DNA of 64,000 bases from Pseudomonadota bacterium. Lineage in GTDB: Bacteria; Bdellovibrionota; FAC87; UBA2466. The notes below the pieces were generated by a model. It did no database searches, had not been told where the DNA came from, and saw nothing but the letters and a program-made list of their open reading frames with translations. This document shows positions 9,310 to 18,134 of the stretch, in pieces. How positions within the stretch are numbered: position 1 is the stretch's first letter; every line of letters starts with the position of its first letter. Position numbers and translations under genes: made by a program. The stretch is from the NCBI GenBank assembly GCA_043718025.1, contig JAYSWN010000069.1, forward strand, positions 3,698 through 67,697. The letters are read 5' to 3'.

Positions 9310-10659
9310 ATGCGATCTCTCATCAAGACAATAGCCGGTTGGGGTAACTTTCCTGCCTATCCGTGCCGCCTTTTTCGTGCCGAACGGCTTCGCGAACAAA
9401 AAGAGATTCTTTGCACTCCAAACGAAAGTTTCATCGCCCGCGGTTTGGGCCGGGCCTACGGCGATGCCGCCATCAATGCGGATCATGGCGTCGTACTGCA
9501 AGAACGCTTCAACCGTTTCCTTGCTTTTGATCAAGCCAGCGGAATGCTGGAATGTGAAGCCGGGGTTTCCTTTGAAGATCTGCTTCAAACTTTTGTGCCC
9601 CGTGGCTTTTTTCCGCCGACCACGCCGGGAACCAAGTTTATCACCGTGGGTGGCGCCGTTGCCGCCGACGTTCACGGCAAAAACCACCACTGCGATGGCA
9701 GTTTTTCCAAATCAGTTGATAGTTTTCGCTTGATGCTGGCCAATGGCGACGTAGTCACGGCGTCGCGCACCGACCATGCCGATCTCTTCTGGGCCACCAT
9801 CGGCGGCATGGGACTTACCGGGATTCTTACCTCGGTAAAATTTCGCCTGAGCAAAATCCCCTCCTCACGCCTCAATGTGCATTTTGAAAAAACCAAGAGC
9901 CTAGACGAAACATTGGCGCGTTTCACTACCACCGATGCGCAATTCGCCAATTCTGTGTGCTGGTTAGATACCGTGGCGTCCGGCAGCAAGCTGGGTCGAG
10001 CCGTGATGATGTTAGGAAATTTCGCCACGCCGGCTGAGTTGGGCGGAATGAAACGATTGAACGAAGTGTCTTTTTCAAAAAAGCGCAATGTTCCCTTTTT
10101 TCTTCCGGAGTTTGTTTTGAATTCGCTTAGCGTCAGCCTTTTTAACCGGGCTTACTACGCTCACTTTTCAAACGGCAGCAATAAAGTACAGACCATCGAC
10201 CAATACTTTTACCCGCTCGACGCGATCGACAACTGGAACCGTGGCTACGGCAAGTCGGGTTTTTTGCAATTTCAAGCGGTGTGGCCCAATGAGCAATCGG
10301 CCGCGGCACTGAAGAAGACCTTAGAAGAGATTCAGAAAGCGGGAGCCAACGCCTTTCTCGCGGTTTTAAAAACGATGGGGGCCAAGAGCGAAGGCATGCT
10401 GTCCTTTCCAATCGCTGGCCACACCTTAGCGCTCGACATTCCTTATCGCGGTAAAAAAACGGAAGCGTTGGCAAAACGTTTGAATGCCCTCACGTTAGAT
10501 TTTGGCGGAAGAGTTTATTTAGCTAAAGACGCTTTTCTTACCCGCGAGCAGACCCAGAAAATGTATCCCGACTTCGATAAGTTTTTAGCCGTGAAACACA
10601 AGTACGATCCTAACGGCCGCTTCGCCTCATCGCTTTCGAAAAGACTGGGTCTGGTGTAA
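9310..10659 (+). CDS. dprE1: Decaprenylphosphoryl-beta-D-ribose 2'-oxidase homologue (FAD-binding, DprE1 family)
   Basis: Matches my memory of M. tuberculosis DprE1 along its length: RGLGRAYGD, ITVGGAVAADVHGKNHHCDGSF, LFWATIGGMGLTGI, KLGRA, QYFYPLD..WNRGYG..GFLQFQ, LSFPIAG, LDFGGRVYLAKD, RFASSLSKRLGL. Confidence 0.85.
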   Translation: MRSLIKTIAGWGNFPAYPCRLFRAERLREQKEILCTPNESFIARGLGRAYGDAAINADHGVVLQERFNRFLAFDQASGMLECEAGVSFEDLLQTFVPRGFFPPTTPGTKFITVGGAVAADVHGKNHHCDGSFSKSVDSFRLMLANGDVVTASRTDHADLFWATIGGMGLTGILTSVKFRLSKIPSSRLNVHFEKTKSLDETLARFTTTDAQFANSVCWLDTVASGSKLGRAVMMLGNFATPAELGGMKRLNEVSFSKKRNVPFFLPEFVLNSLSVSLFNRAYYAHFSNGSNKVQTIDQYFYPLDAIDNWNRGYGKSGFLQFQAVWPNEQSAAALKKTLEEIQKAGANAFLAVLKTMGAKSEGMLSFPIAGHTLALDIPYRGKKTEALAKRLNALTLDFGGRVYLAKDAFLTREQTQKMYPDFDKFLAVKHKYDPNGRFASSLSKRLGLV

Positions 10660-11402
10660 TGGGAAACGATTCAAACTTTGTCATGGTGGTCGGCGCTACT
10701 TCGGGAATGGGCCAGGCCGTAGCACGAGCGTTTGCAGCCCAAAAGAGAAACCTTTTTTTGCTCGGCCGCGACATGCTTGCGCTCGAGACAATGGTAACGG
10801 ATCTCACTATACGATACGACGTCGTGGTGAAGGCGTTCTCCTTTGAAGCTACTGATTTCCAAGCCCACGGGGCACTACTAAATGACGAGCTCTTGGGGCA
10901 GGTTCAGGGCGCGGTACTTTGCCAAGGTTACCTTAATGATAACGCCGCCTCGCGTGTGGACTTTTTCGAATGGAAGACCACGCTCGACGTAAATTTCACG
11001 TCGGTGGTCTCCTGCCTTACGCCCATGGCCAATTTTTTTGAAAAGAGAAAAAGCGGGTTTCTCTGCGTAGTTGGCTCGGTGGCGGGGGTGCGCGGACGCC
11101 AAAGCAATTACGTATATGGTTCGGCTAAGGCCGCGGTTTCTATTTTTTTAGAGGGTCTCCGCCATCGGCTATTTAAGTCTAATGTTTCGGTCACCGAAAT
11201 ACGGCCCGGATTCGTCGACACCAGTATGACGTTTGGTATGCCCGGCCTATTCCTTGTGGCTTCACCGGAAAAAGTGGCCGCCGATATTTTGAAGGCCATC
11301 GAGAAAAAAAGCGCGGTTCGCTATACGCCCTTCTTTTGGTTGGGCATTTTAACGATCATCCGCTGCCTTCCCCGCTTCCTCTTCCACCGCTCAAAACTCT
11401 AA
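10659..11402 (+). CDS. dprE2: Decaprenylphosphoryl-2-keto-pentofuranose reductase homologue (SDR, DprE2 family)
   Basis: SDR Gly motif VVGATSGMGQAV and catalytic YGSAKAA. The C-terminal half aligns with Mtb DprE2 (NYVYGS.KA....F.EGL......V.V.EIRPG.V.T.M). The start overlaps the dprE1 stop (TAATG). Confidence 0.8.
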   Translation: MGNDSNFVMVVGATSGMGQAVARAFAAQKRNLFLLGRDMLALETMVTDLTIRYDVVVKAFSFEATDFQAHGALLNDELLGQVQGAVLCQGYLNDNAASRVDFFEWKTTLDVNFTSVVSCLTPMANFFEKRKSGFLCVVGSVAGVRGRQSNYVYGSAKAAVSIFLEGLRHRLFKSNVSVTEIRPGFVDTSMTFGMPGLFLVASPEKVAADILKAIEKKSAVRYTPFFWLGILTIIRCLPRFLFHRSKL

Positions 11403-11456
11403 GTGGATCGCAGCGATTTCCCCCGACATGCCCTTAAATTAGGCTTTTAACCCGGT

Positions 11457-11517
11457 AAATGGAATCCAACGCCCTTCGCCCCCGGAGGGAGGGGGGCCCA
11501 AAATCCAAGTGCGGTAG
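11457..11517. repeat. 61-bp GC-hairpin dispersed element, copy 1
   Basis: The sequence aaatggaatccaacgcccttcgcccccggagggaggggggcccaaaatccaagtgcggtag recurs at 33898-33960 with about 56/61 identical positions. It contains a C5/G6 stem. It sits between the convergent dprE2 and aldehyde dehydrogenase genes. Confidence 0.7.
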
Positions 11518-11541
11518 CTAACCCGTGAACGTCGTAAACCC

Positions 11542-12948
11542 TCACCCCATTATTCTGCGCAGCCACCCGAAGTTCTTTTCGTACGGAGGGTAACGAAGAG
11601 GCAGATCAAACCAGGTGGCGCGACTCAGCACACTCTTACGGTGAGAGAAAGTTTCGAAAGAAAACCAGCCGTGGTATCCACCCATGCCACTGGCGCCAAC
11701 GCCGCCGAAAGGCAAACGCGGGTTGCTCAAATGCACGAGAGTATCGTTCATGCAGCCGCCACCAAATGAAACAGAATTTACGGCCTTGGCCCGATGCTCA
11801 GGATTTGTGCCAAAATAATAAAATGCCAACGGCTTTTCGCGTTCGTTTACAAAACGAATAGCCTCGTCAAAATTCTCGTACTCGATCAACGGCAGGAGAG
11901 GACCAAAAATCTCTTCGGTCATCAATGGCATATCGAGGCGGGGTTGTCCGACGACCGTGGGCGAAATAAATCGCGCGCCCTTGTCGGTTTTTCCACCGAG
12001 CAAAATGTTTCCCTGTCCCAGCAACCCTTCTAAGCGCTGAAAGTGACGATCGGTGATGATGCGCGAGTACTCCGGGCTAGCTTGAATATCCGAAGTAAAA
12101 AACCGGTCTAGATTTGCCGAGATGCGTTCGACCACCCTTTTCTGCCAGCCCTTGGGGATGAGCAAATAGTCGGGCGCCACGCACGTCTGCCCGGCGTTAA
12201 AATACTTACCCCAGGTGATTCGTCGCATGGCGACGTCGAGATCGGCATCGGTATCTAAAAGGCAGGGGCTCTTTCCCCCCAGCTCCAAAGTCACCGGAGT
12301 TAAATGATTGGCCGCCGCCTGCATTACAATTTTTCCAACGTTGGTGCTGCCAGTATAAAAAATGTGATCCCAGCGTTCTTTGAGTAGCGCCGTCGAAATA
12401 TCCACCGCCCCCTCAATTGCCCACACAAATTCAGGATCGAACGTTTTTGCGATAATCTCGGCCACCACCTTCGATGTTTCCGGAGCCAACTCCGAGGGCT
12501 TCACCACCGCGCAGTTTCCGGCGCAAATGGCGCCCACCAGCGGCGCCATCGCCAACTGAAAAGGGTAATTCCAAGGAGAGATAATTAGAGTCGTGCCGAG
12601 TGGTTCGTAGTGAATGTGGCTTTTTCCCACCGCCAGGGTCATTGGCGTGGCCACCCGCTTGGGCTTCATCCAACTTTTTAGGTGTTTTTTGGTGAAGCGA
12701 ATCTCTTCGTACAGAAAACCCACCTCGCCCAAAAAACTCTCGGCCATCGACTTACCCAAGTCCGCTTTCAAAGCCTTAAAAATCTGCGGCTCCGCCGCCC
12801 GAATGGCGTGCATCAGCCTATCGAGCTGGGCCATGCGAAACTCGTAAGATTTGGTCTTCTGACTTAGGAAAAAGGCACGCTGTTTAGCGAGCCTCTCAGG
12901 AATCGAATTTGCCGTTACCATGCTGACCTCACGAAAAGATGATACCAC
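11542..12948 (-). CDS. NAD(P)-dependent aldehyde dehydrogenase (class 3-like)
   Basis: ALDH motifs ELGGKSP, EEIFGP and the catalytic-Cys region GQTCVAPDY. 468 aa. Confidence 0.9.
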   Translation of the reverse strand: MVSSFREVSMVTANSIPERLAKQRAFFLSQKTKSYEFRMAQLDRLMHAIRAAEPQIFKALKADLGKSMAESFLGEVGFLYEEIRFTKKHLKSWMKPKRVATPMTLAVGKSHIHYEPLGTTLIISPWNYPFQLAMAPLVGAICAGNCAVVKPSELAPETSKVVAEIIAKTFDPEFVWAIEGAVDISTALLKERWDHIFYTGSTNVGKIVMQAAANHLTPVTLELGGKSPCLLDTDADLDVAMRRITWGKYFNAGQTCVAPDYLLIPKGWQKRVVERISANLDRFFTSDIQASPEYSRIITDRHFQRLEGLLGQGNILLGGKTDKGARFISPTVVGQPRLDMPLMTEEIFGPLLPLIEYENFDEAIRFVNEREKPLAFYYFGTNPEHRAKAVNSVSFGGGCMNDTLVHLSNPRLPFGGVGASGMGGYHGWFSFETFSHRKSVLSRATWFDLPLRYPPYEKNFGWLRRIMG

Positions 12949-13007
12949 CCTAACCGGCTTGCGGAGCCCTTGTTTTAGCCCCAGGTTTAGGCTAAAAACG
13001 CCCCACT

Positions 13008-13982
13008 ATGGCAGACAAAACTATCTCTAAGTTCATTGAGCACCATTTCCGACATTTCAACGCTGCGGCGTTGGTTGATGCCGCAAAGGGGTACCAAAAG
13101 CATTTAGACGCCGGCGGCACCATGTTTATGACCTTAGCGGGGGCCATGAGCACCGGGGAGTTGGGTCTGTCGCTGGCCGAGATGATTCGCAAAGGAAAAG
13201 TGCACGCCATTTGTTGCACCGGCGCGAACCTAGAAGAGGATGTTTTTAACCTCGTCGCCCATAAATCTTACAAACGCATTCCTCATTACCGCGACCTCAC
13301 GCCGGCCGATGAAACCGAGTTGTTAAGCCATCATTTAAATAGGGTAACCGACACCTGTATTCCCGAAGAAGAGGCGATTCGCAAACTTGAGCACGTCATC
13401 ATTGAAGAGTGGACCAACGCCTCTGAAAGGGGTGAGCGGTATTTACCGCACGAGTACTTCTACAAGGTCTTGCTTTCGGGAAAACTAAAGTCCGAATACG
13501 AAATTGACCCGGCTAACAGCTGGATGCTGGCCGCCGCCGAACGTAATTTGCCAATCATTGTTCCGGGCTGGGAAGACTCAACGTTAGGAAACATTTTTGC
13601 GGCGCGCTGCATGGAAGGCAAACTCAAGGTCAATGCCATGAAATCAGGCATTGAGTACATGATGCAGATGTCAGCCTATTACTTAGAAAACTGCCGTAAG
13701 GGCAAAGGCATCGGTTTTTTTCAAATTGGTGGCGGCATCGCCGGCGATTTTCCGATCTGCGTGGTGCCGATGCTGAATCAAGATCTGCTTAAAGACGTGC
13801 CGGTATGGGCGTACTTTTGCCAAATTAGCGACTCGACCACGAGCTACGGCTCTTACTCGGGCGCGGTGCCCAATGAAAAGATTACCTGGGGCAAGCTCGA
13901 CATCGACACCCCAAAATTTATCATTGAATCGGATGCGTCCATCGTTGCGCCCTTGATCTTTGCCCATGTGTTGGGATGGTAG
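13008..13982 (+). CDS. Deoxyhypusine synthase-like protein (DHS/homospermidine-synthase family)
   Basis: The C-terminal block IGGGIAGDFPI...SYGSYSGAVPNEKITWGKLDID...ESDASIVAPLIFA aligns with the human DHPS segment GGGVVKHHI...DGSDSGARPDEAVSWGKIR...ADASLVFPLLVA. Confidence 0.8.
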   Translation: MADKTISKFIEHHFRHFNAAALVDAAKGYQKHLDAGGTMFMTLAGAMSTGELGLSLAEMIRKGKVHAICCTGANLEEDVFNLVAHKSYKRIPHYRDLTPADETELLSHHLNRVTDTCIPEEEAIRKLEHVIIEEWTNASERGERYLPHEYFYKVLLSGKLKSEYEIDPANSWMLAAAERNLPIIVPGWEDSTLGNIFAARCMEGKLKVNAMKSGIEYMMQMSAYYLENCRKGKGIGFFQIGGGIAGDFPICVVPMLNQDLLKDVPVWAYFCQISDSTTSYGSYSGAVPNEKITWGKLDIDTPKFIIESDASIVAPLIFAHVLGW

Positions 13983-14779
13983 GCCCGGCCCTAGTAGTAA
14001 AAGACCTCATTAAACATTATAAGGGGCGCCAAAAAGTAGAGGCGGTAAATGGCGTTTCGTTTACGGTTAACCCTGGCCAATGCTTTGGGCTTTTGGGTCC
14101 AAATGGCGCCGGTAAATCTACCACCATCAATTGCCTCATCGGCTTTTTTCCGCCCACGTCGGGCTCGGTGCAGGTGATGGGATTCGATGTTCATCACGAA
14201 CCCAAAAAAGCACGACAGCTTTTGGGCGTTTGCCCGCAAGAAGACACCCTAGATACTGACTTTACGGTGCGCGATCAGCTGATCCGTCATGCCACTTTTT
14301 TCCGGATGCCCGCCGCCGACGCCAAACGCCGCGCCGACGAGCTACTTGAGCGATTCGGCCTCAGCGGTAAGGGTAAGGAGTTGGTCGAACGGCTCTCCGG
14401 TGGAATGCGCCGCCGCCTACAAGTGGCGCGGGCATTAATCTCCAGCCCAAAAGTTCTAGTGCTGGATGAACCTACCACCGGCCTAGATCCCGACGCCCGT
14501 CGCACGTTGTGGGACATTTTAGAAGAGTACCGCGCCAAGGGGCTCGCGATCTTACTTACCACCCATTACATGGAAGAGGCCGAGCGCCTCTGCGATCGCA
14601 TTGCCTTGATTAAAGACGGAAAAATTTTAGACGAAAACTCGCCGCGCGCCCTGATCGACAGGCACGTCGCCAAAGAGTGGGTTGAAGAGGAGATCCGCCC
14701 CGGCGTCAAATGGAAACGCCCCGCAAACCTCGAAGACGTCTATTTAACCATTACCGGCAGTAAACTGGCGGAGGCATAA
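13976..14779 (+). CDS. ABC transporter ATP-binding protein (ABC-2 exporter type)
   Basis: Walker A GPNGAGKST, signature LSGGMRRRLQ, Walker B VLVLDEPTTGLD. Overlaps the DHS-like gene by 7 bp. Confidence 0.9.
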   Translation: MVGPALVVKDLIKHYKGRQKVEAVNGVSFTVNPGQCFGLLGPNGAGKSTTINCLIGFFPPTSGSVQVMGFDVHHEPKKARQLLGVCPQEDTLDTDFTVRDQLIRHATFFRMPAADAKRRADELLERFGLSGKGKELVERLSGGMRRRLQVARALISSPKVLVLDEPTTGLDPDARRTLWDILEEYRAKGLAILLTTHYMEEAERLCDRIALIKDGKILDENSPRALIDRHVAKEWVEEEIRPGVKWKRPANLEDVYLTITGSKLAEA

Positions 14780-14781
14780 AA

Positions 14782-15552
14782 ATGGGCGACACTTTTTGGG
14801 CCATTCGGTGCGTGTACTTTCGCTACCTGGCGGTCTTCCGTAAAAATGTTTTATACAGTTTGATGACCACCATCGTGGAACCCCTGCTCTATGTCCTCTC
14901 GTTCGGCTTTGGTCTAGCCACCATGATTCATGAAGTGGGTGTCGGAGACAAAACCATCGGCTACCGCGCCTTTGTGCTCTCGGGCTTCGTCGGCCAGAGC
15001 GTACTTTTTCAGGGTTTTTTCGAGGCGGCCTACGGCGGCTTTGTGCGCATGTACTACCAAAAGATTTTTAAAGCCATGGCCACGACGCCGGTGACGATCG
15101 AAGAGGTCTTGTGGGGAGAGTTAACCTGGGACGCCACTAAGGGTACTCTATCCGCCGGCATGGTTTTGCTCATTGGCAGCCTGCTCGGCGATTTTTCTCC
15201 GTGGGGCGCCGTCGTGCTCTTTCCCCTGTGCTACATTTTTTGCTTTATCTTTGCCGGTCTTGGCCTTTGGGTGTCGTCGCTAGCCACCACGATTGATCAA
15301 CTGGCGTACCCGCAATACCTTTTTGTTTTTCCCATGTTCCTATTCGGCGGTGTTTACTTCCCCATCGATAAGCTGCCCTCATTCGTAAGCAAAGCGGCGT
15401 GGTTTCTCCCGCTTACGCCTTGCTTAGAGATCACGCGAGGACTGCTCTTTGAGGTTTCCATCGCCTGGTATGCCTGGGTGCTGGTGGCCTTTTGGGCCGT
15501 ACTGCTACCTGTCACCTCACACGCGGCGATGAAACGCCGGCTAGTGAAGTAG
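14782..15552 (+). CDS. ABC-2 family transporter permease
   Basis: Six hydrophobic segments. Immediately downstream of the ABC ATPase. Confidence 0.7.
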   Translation: MGDTFWAIRCVYFRYLAVFRKNVLYSLMTTIVEPLLYVLSFGFGLATMIHEVGVGDKTIGYRAFVLSGFVGQSVLFQGFFEAAYGGFVRMYYQKIFKAMATTPVTIEEVLWGELTWDATKGTLSAGMVLLIGSLLGDFSPWGAVVLFPLCYIFCFIFAGLGLWVSSLATTIDQLAYPQYLFVFPMFLFGGVYFPIDKLPSFVSKAAWFLPLTPCLEITRGLLFEVSIAWYAWVLVAFWAVLLPVTSHAAMKRRLVK

Positions 15553-15606
15553 CCCTTTCGGGGCGGCCATCGTCATCAACGCCTTTAACTGATAAACTTT
15601 TTTTCA

Positions 15607-17106
15607 ATGATCGTTGCGAAGGATTTTAAAATCTCACCTGAGTTCATTGCCACGGTGGATGCTCATATTCGCGCGGGAGAATTTGAAAAGGCGCGCCGGG
15701 CGTTGCGAAGTTTGAAGCGGGCCAAAATAGGTTTTACTTTCGTTGAACCGATCGCCGCCCTTTGCCGGCGAGCCGGGCTCGCCGAATTGGCCGTTCACGT
15801 CTTAAACCCCCACTTCTCAAACACTCAAGAGCGGGCAAAAAAACCCAGCGATTCACTGGTCATTGAATACGCATCGAGCCTTTCACAAATTGGGGCCGCC
15901 GAAGAGGCGTTTCTTCTTTTGCAAAAACTTGATGATAAAAATTCGCCCCGCGCGCTTTTCGCCATGGTGACCAGTTTAGTGCCACAGTGGGATTACGAAG
16001 GCACCATTGCCTACCTAAAGTCTTTCTTGAATATTGAGAAGAAGGACGCCTACATGCGACTGGTGGCCGAAATCAACCTGGCGGCGGCCTACGTAGCGAC
16101 CGAACGGTACGAAGAGGCCGGGCGAGAGTTAAAAGTGATTCACAATGAAGCCGCCCGTACCAAATCAAAATTGATTCAGGCCAATGCCCTGCAGCTATCG
16201 GCGCAGTGCGCAATACTAAATGGCGATTGGCGCGGGGGCGAAGAGGCTTTAAATCAATCGGCCAAGCTATTTGAAAAAACCCACGATACGCGAATTGGCC
16301 TGTTCGTTGAGAAATGGCGCACCTTTCTTTTGCTTCGGCGAAACGGCTACTCAAAAAATGTAGGCCGACAACTTGAAGGGGTGCGAACCAAAGCCCGAAA
16401 AGTCGGCCATTGGGAGACCCTTCGAGAGTGTGATCGCTACCAAGCCGACGCCCAAGATAACCTTGAGCTGGCCACCCACCTCTATTTTGGCACCCGCTGG
16501 CCCAAGTACCGCGATCGCATTAGAAAGCGTTTTTCGCTCCCCACTCACTATGAATGGAAACCCGAGGGAGAATCGGAAAAAGTGTTTGAACTATCGACCG
16601 GAAAATACGATGGCCGCACCACCCACTTGAAGTTGGGCCAACTTCCGCACGCCATATTAAACGCCTTGTGCGGCGATTTTTACCGGCCGCTGCGCCTGGC
16701 CACATTTCATCATCTGGTTTTTCCGAACCAGAGCTTCAATCCCGTTCATTCGGCCAATTGCCTGCATCGAGCGCTGTCGCGTTTTCGCGCGTGGACCAAA
16801 ACAAACCGACTCCCCTTCGGCGTTGCCTATGAAGAGGGGCTTTACCGGATTGAGCTCAAAAAGCCCGTCGGTTTTCTGTTAAGGGAAGGCGTGCCGCGGG
16901 AACGCAAAGACTGGCAGTTAACCCAATTGCGCCGGCGCCTTGCGGCGGCTGAGTTTCGGTTAACCCAAGTGACCACCTTGCTGACGGTCTCGGCGTCAAA
17001 CGCACGCCGACTTATGCAAAATGCGGTGAGTATAGGAGTGATAGAAAAAATTGGCGGCGGTCGCGGGTCACGCTATCGCTTCGTTAGAGATCCCGATATT
17101 TCCTAA
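15607..17106 (+). CDS. Hypothetical helical (TPR-like) protein with a C-terminal winged-HTH-like segment
   Basis: Largely alpha-helical repeat-like sequence. The C-terminus LTQVTTLLTVSASNARRLMQNAVSIGVIEKIGGGRGSRYRF resembles an HTH. No confident family assignment. Confidence 0.45.
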   Translation: MIVAKDFKISPEFIATVDAHIRAGEFEKARRALRSLKRAKIGFTFVEPIAALCRRAGLAELAVHVLNPHFSNTQERAKKPSDSLVIEYASSLSQIGAAEEAFLLLQKLDDKNSPRALFAMVTSLVPQWDYEGTIAYLKSFLNIEKKDAYMRLVAEINLAAAYVATERYEEAGRELKVIHNEAARTKSKLIQANALQLSAQCAILNGDWRGGEEALNQSAKLFEKTHDTRIGLFVEKWRTFLLLRRNGYSKNVGRQLEGVRTKARKVGHWETLRECDRYQADAQDNLELATHLYFGTRWPKYRDRIRKRFSLPTHYEWKPEGESEKVFELSTGKYDGRTTHLKLGQLPHAILNALCGDFYRPLRLATFHHLVFPNQSFNPVHSANCLHRALSRFRAWTKTNRLPFGVAYEEGLYRIELKKPVGFLLREGVPRERKDWQLTQLRRRLAAAEFRLTQVTTLLTVSASNARRLMQNAVSIGVIEKIGGGRGSRYRFVRDPDIS

Positions 17107-17818
17107 GTAGCGGTGCTTGCTCGTAATGGTAAGTGGCGGGACCAACGATATCGCCGGTCAATACACAGGGCGCGCCTTCGGTTTGGGACATATTTACGTA
17201 TATCGTCTCTCCCCCGGCAAAAGTGGTTTGGTGGTGGCGAATGCCGTACTCAATAAAGAGACTAGAGAGTTGAAACGGGATCTCAACCACTTCGCCCGTG
17301 GGCAGAGTTAGGCTAAATCCCATGTAGTAAAGCGGAGCCGCGCTGGAACTCGGCACATATTCTTCGAGCACGATTAGGTTGGTAATTGGATTTGAATTTC
17401 CGGCCGTGGCCGTTCCAAAACAGGCTTCTACGATGACCTGCGTGTTCGGTGTTCCTTCACCGGCCACAAAGACTTCATTGCGACTTTTGAACGCTAGAGC
17501 TTTATAAGCACCTACCGTAAAGGAGAGAAATTCGTTGAGCGGAACGGCAACCTTAAAATCAACGGAGCCGTCGCGTTTGTAATAGACGGCCTCGGTCGGA
17601 GACCCCGCCGGTTTATCGAGCAGCTTAAAGATTTCGCCGCGAACCGATTTCAAATAATTGTGGTCATACAGAGTCGCGATTTTCACGCTGCCAACGCCTA
17701 AAATGGCGTCGCCGTTTCCGCCACCCAATGATCTGCCCTTCGAAAGCACCTGCGTGCACGCGGGCAAGGCCAACAGCAGCGTGAGGCCAATCAAGATCAA
17801 ATGAGAGATAAGTTTCAT
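17084..17818 (-). CDS. Hypothetical lipoprotein
   Basis: Signal peptide with lipobox LLLALPAC. Confidence 0.5.
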   Translation of the reverse strand: MKLISHLILIGLTLLLALPACTQVLSKGRSLGGGNGDAILGVGSVKIATLYDHNYLKSVRGEIFKLLDKPAGSPTEAVYYKRDGSVDFKVAVPLNEFLSFTVGAYKALAFKSRNEVFVAGEGTPNTQVIVEACFGTATAGNSNPITNLIVLEEYVPSSSAAPLYYMGFSLTLPTGEVVEIPFQLSSLFIEYGIRHHQTTFAGGETIYVNMSQTEGAPCVLTGDIVGPATYHYEQAPLLRKYRDL

Positions 17819-18134
17819 ATCTTTGTAAGTGGGAACCGCGAGCGGAAAGGGCGTATCTATAGTTTAGCTAAACGAAAGTGTTCACTCTAGGGAGCATTTT
17901 TCGGGCCACCACAATTCCGGATAGACAAAATTGGTGAGGGGCCTAAAAAAAGGGTCGGCCGCTGGCCCCTTGGAAAAGCCTGCGACCGACCGGTTTATTT
18001 CGACGCCTTAATCATCTTTCACCAAAAGAGGGATTAAACCCACATACTTTTTTGGCTCATTTACCGGGACTAACCTACGGCGTAACGATGCAGAAAAGCT
18101 GGTCTGTTCCCGGGGCAAATAATTAGGAGAGTCT

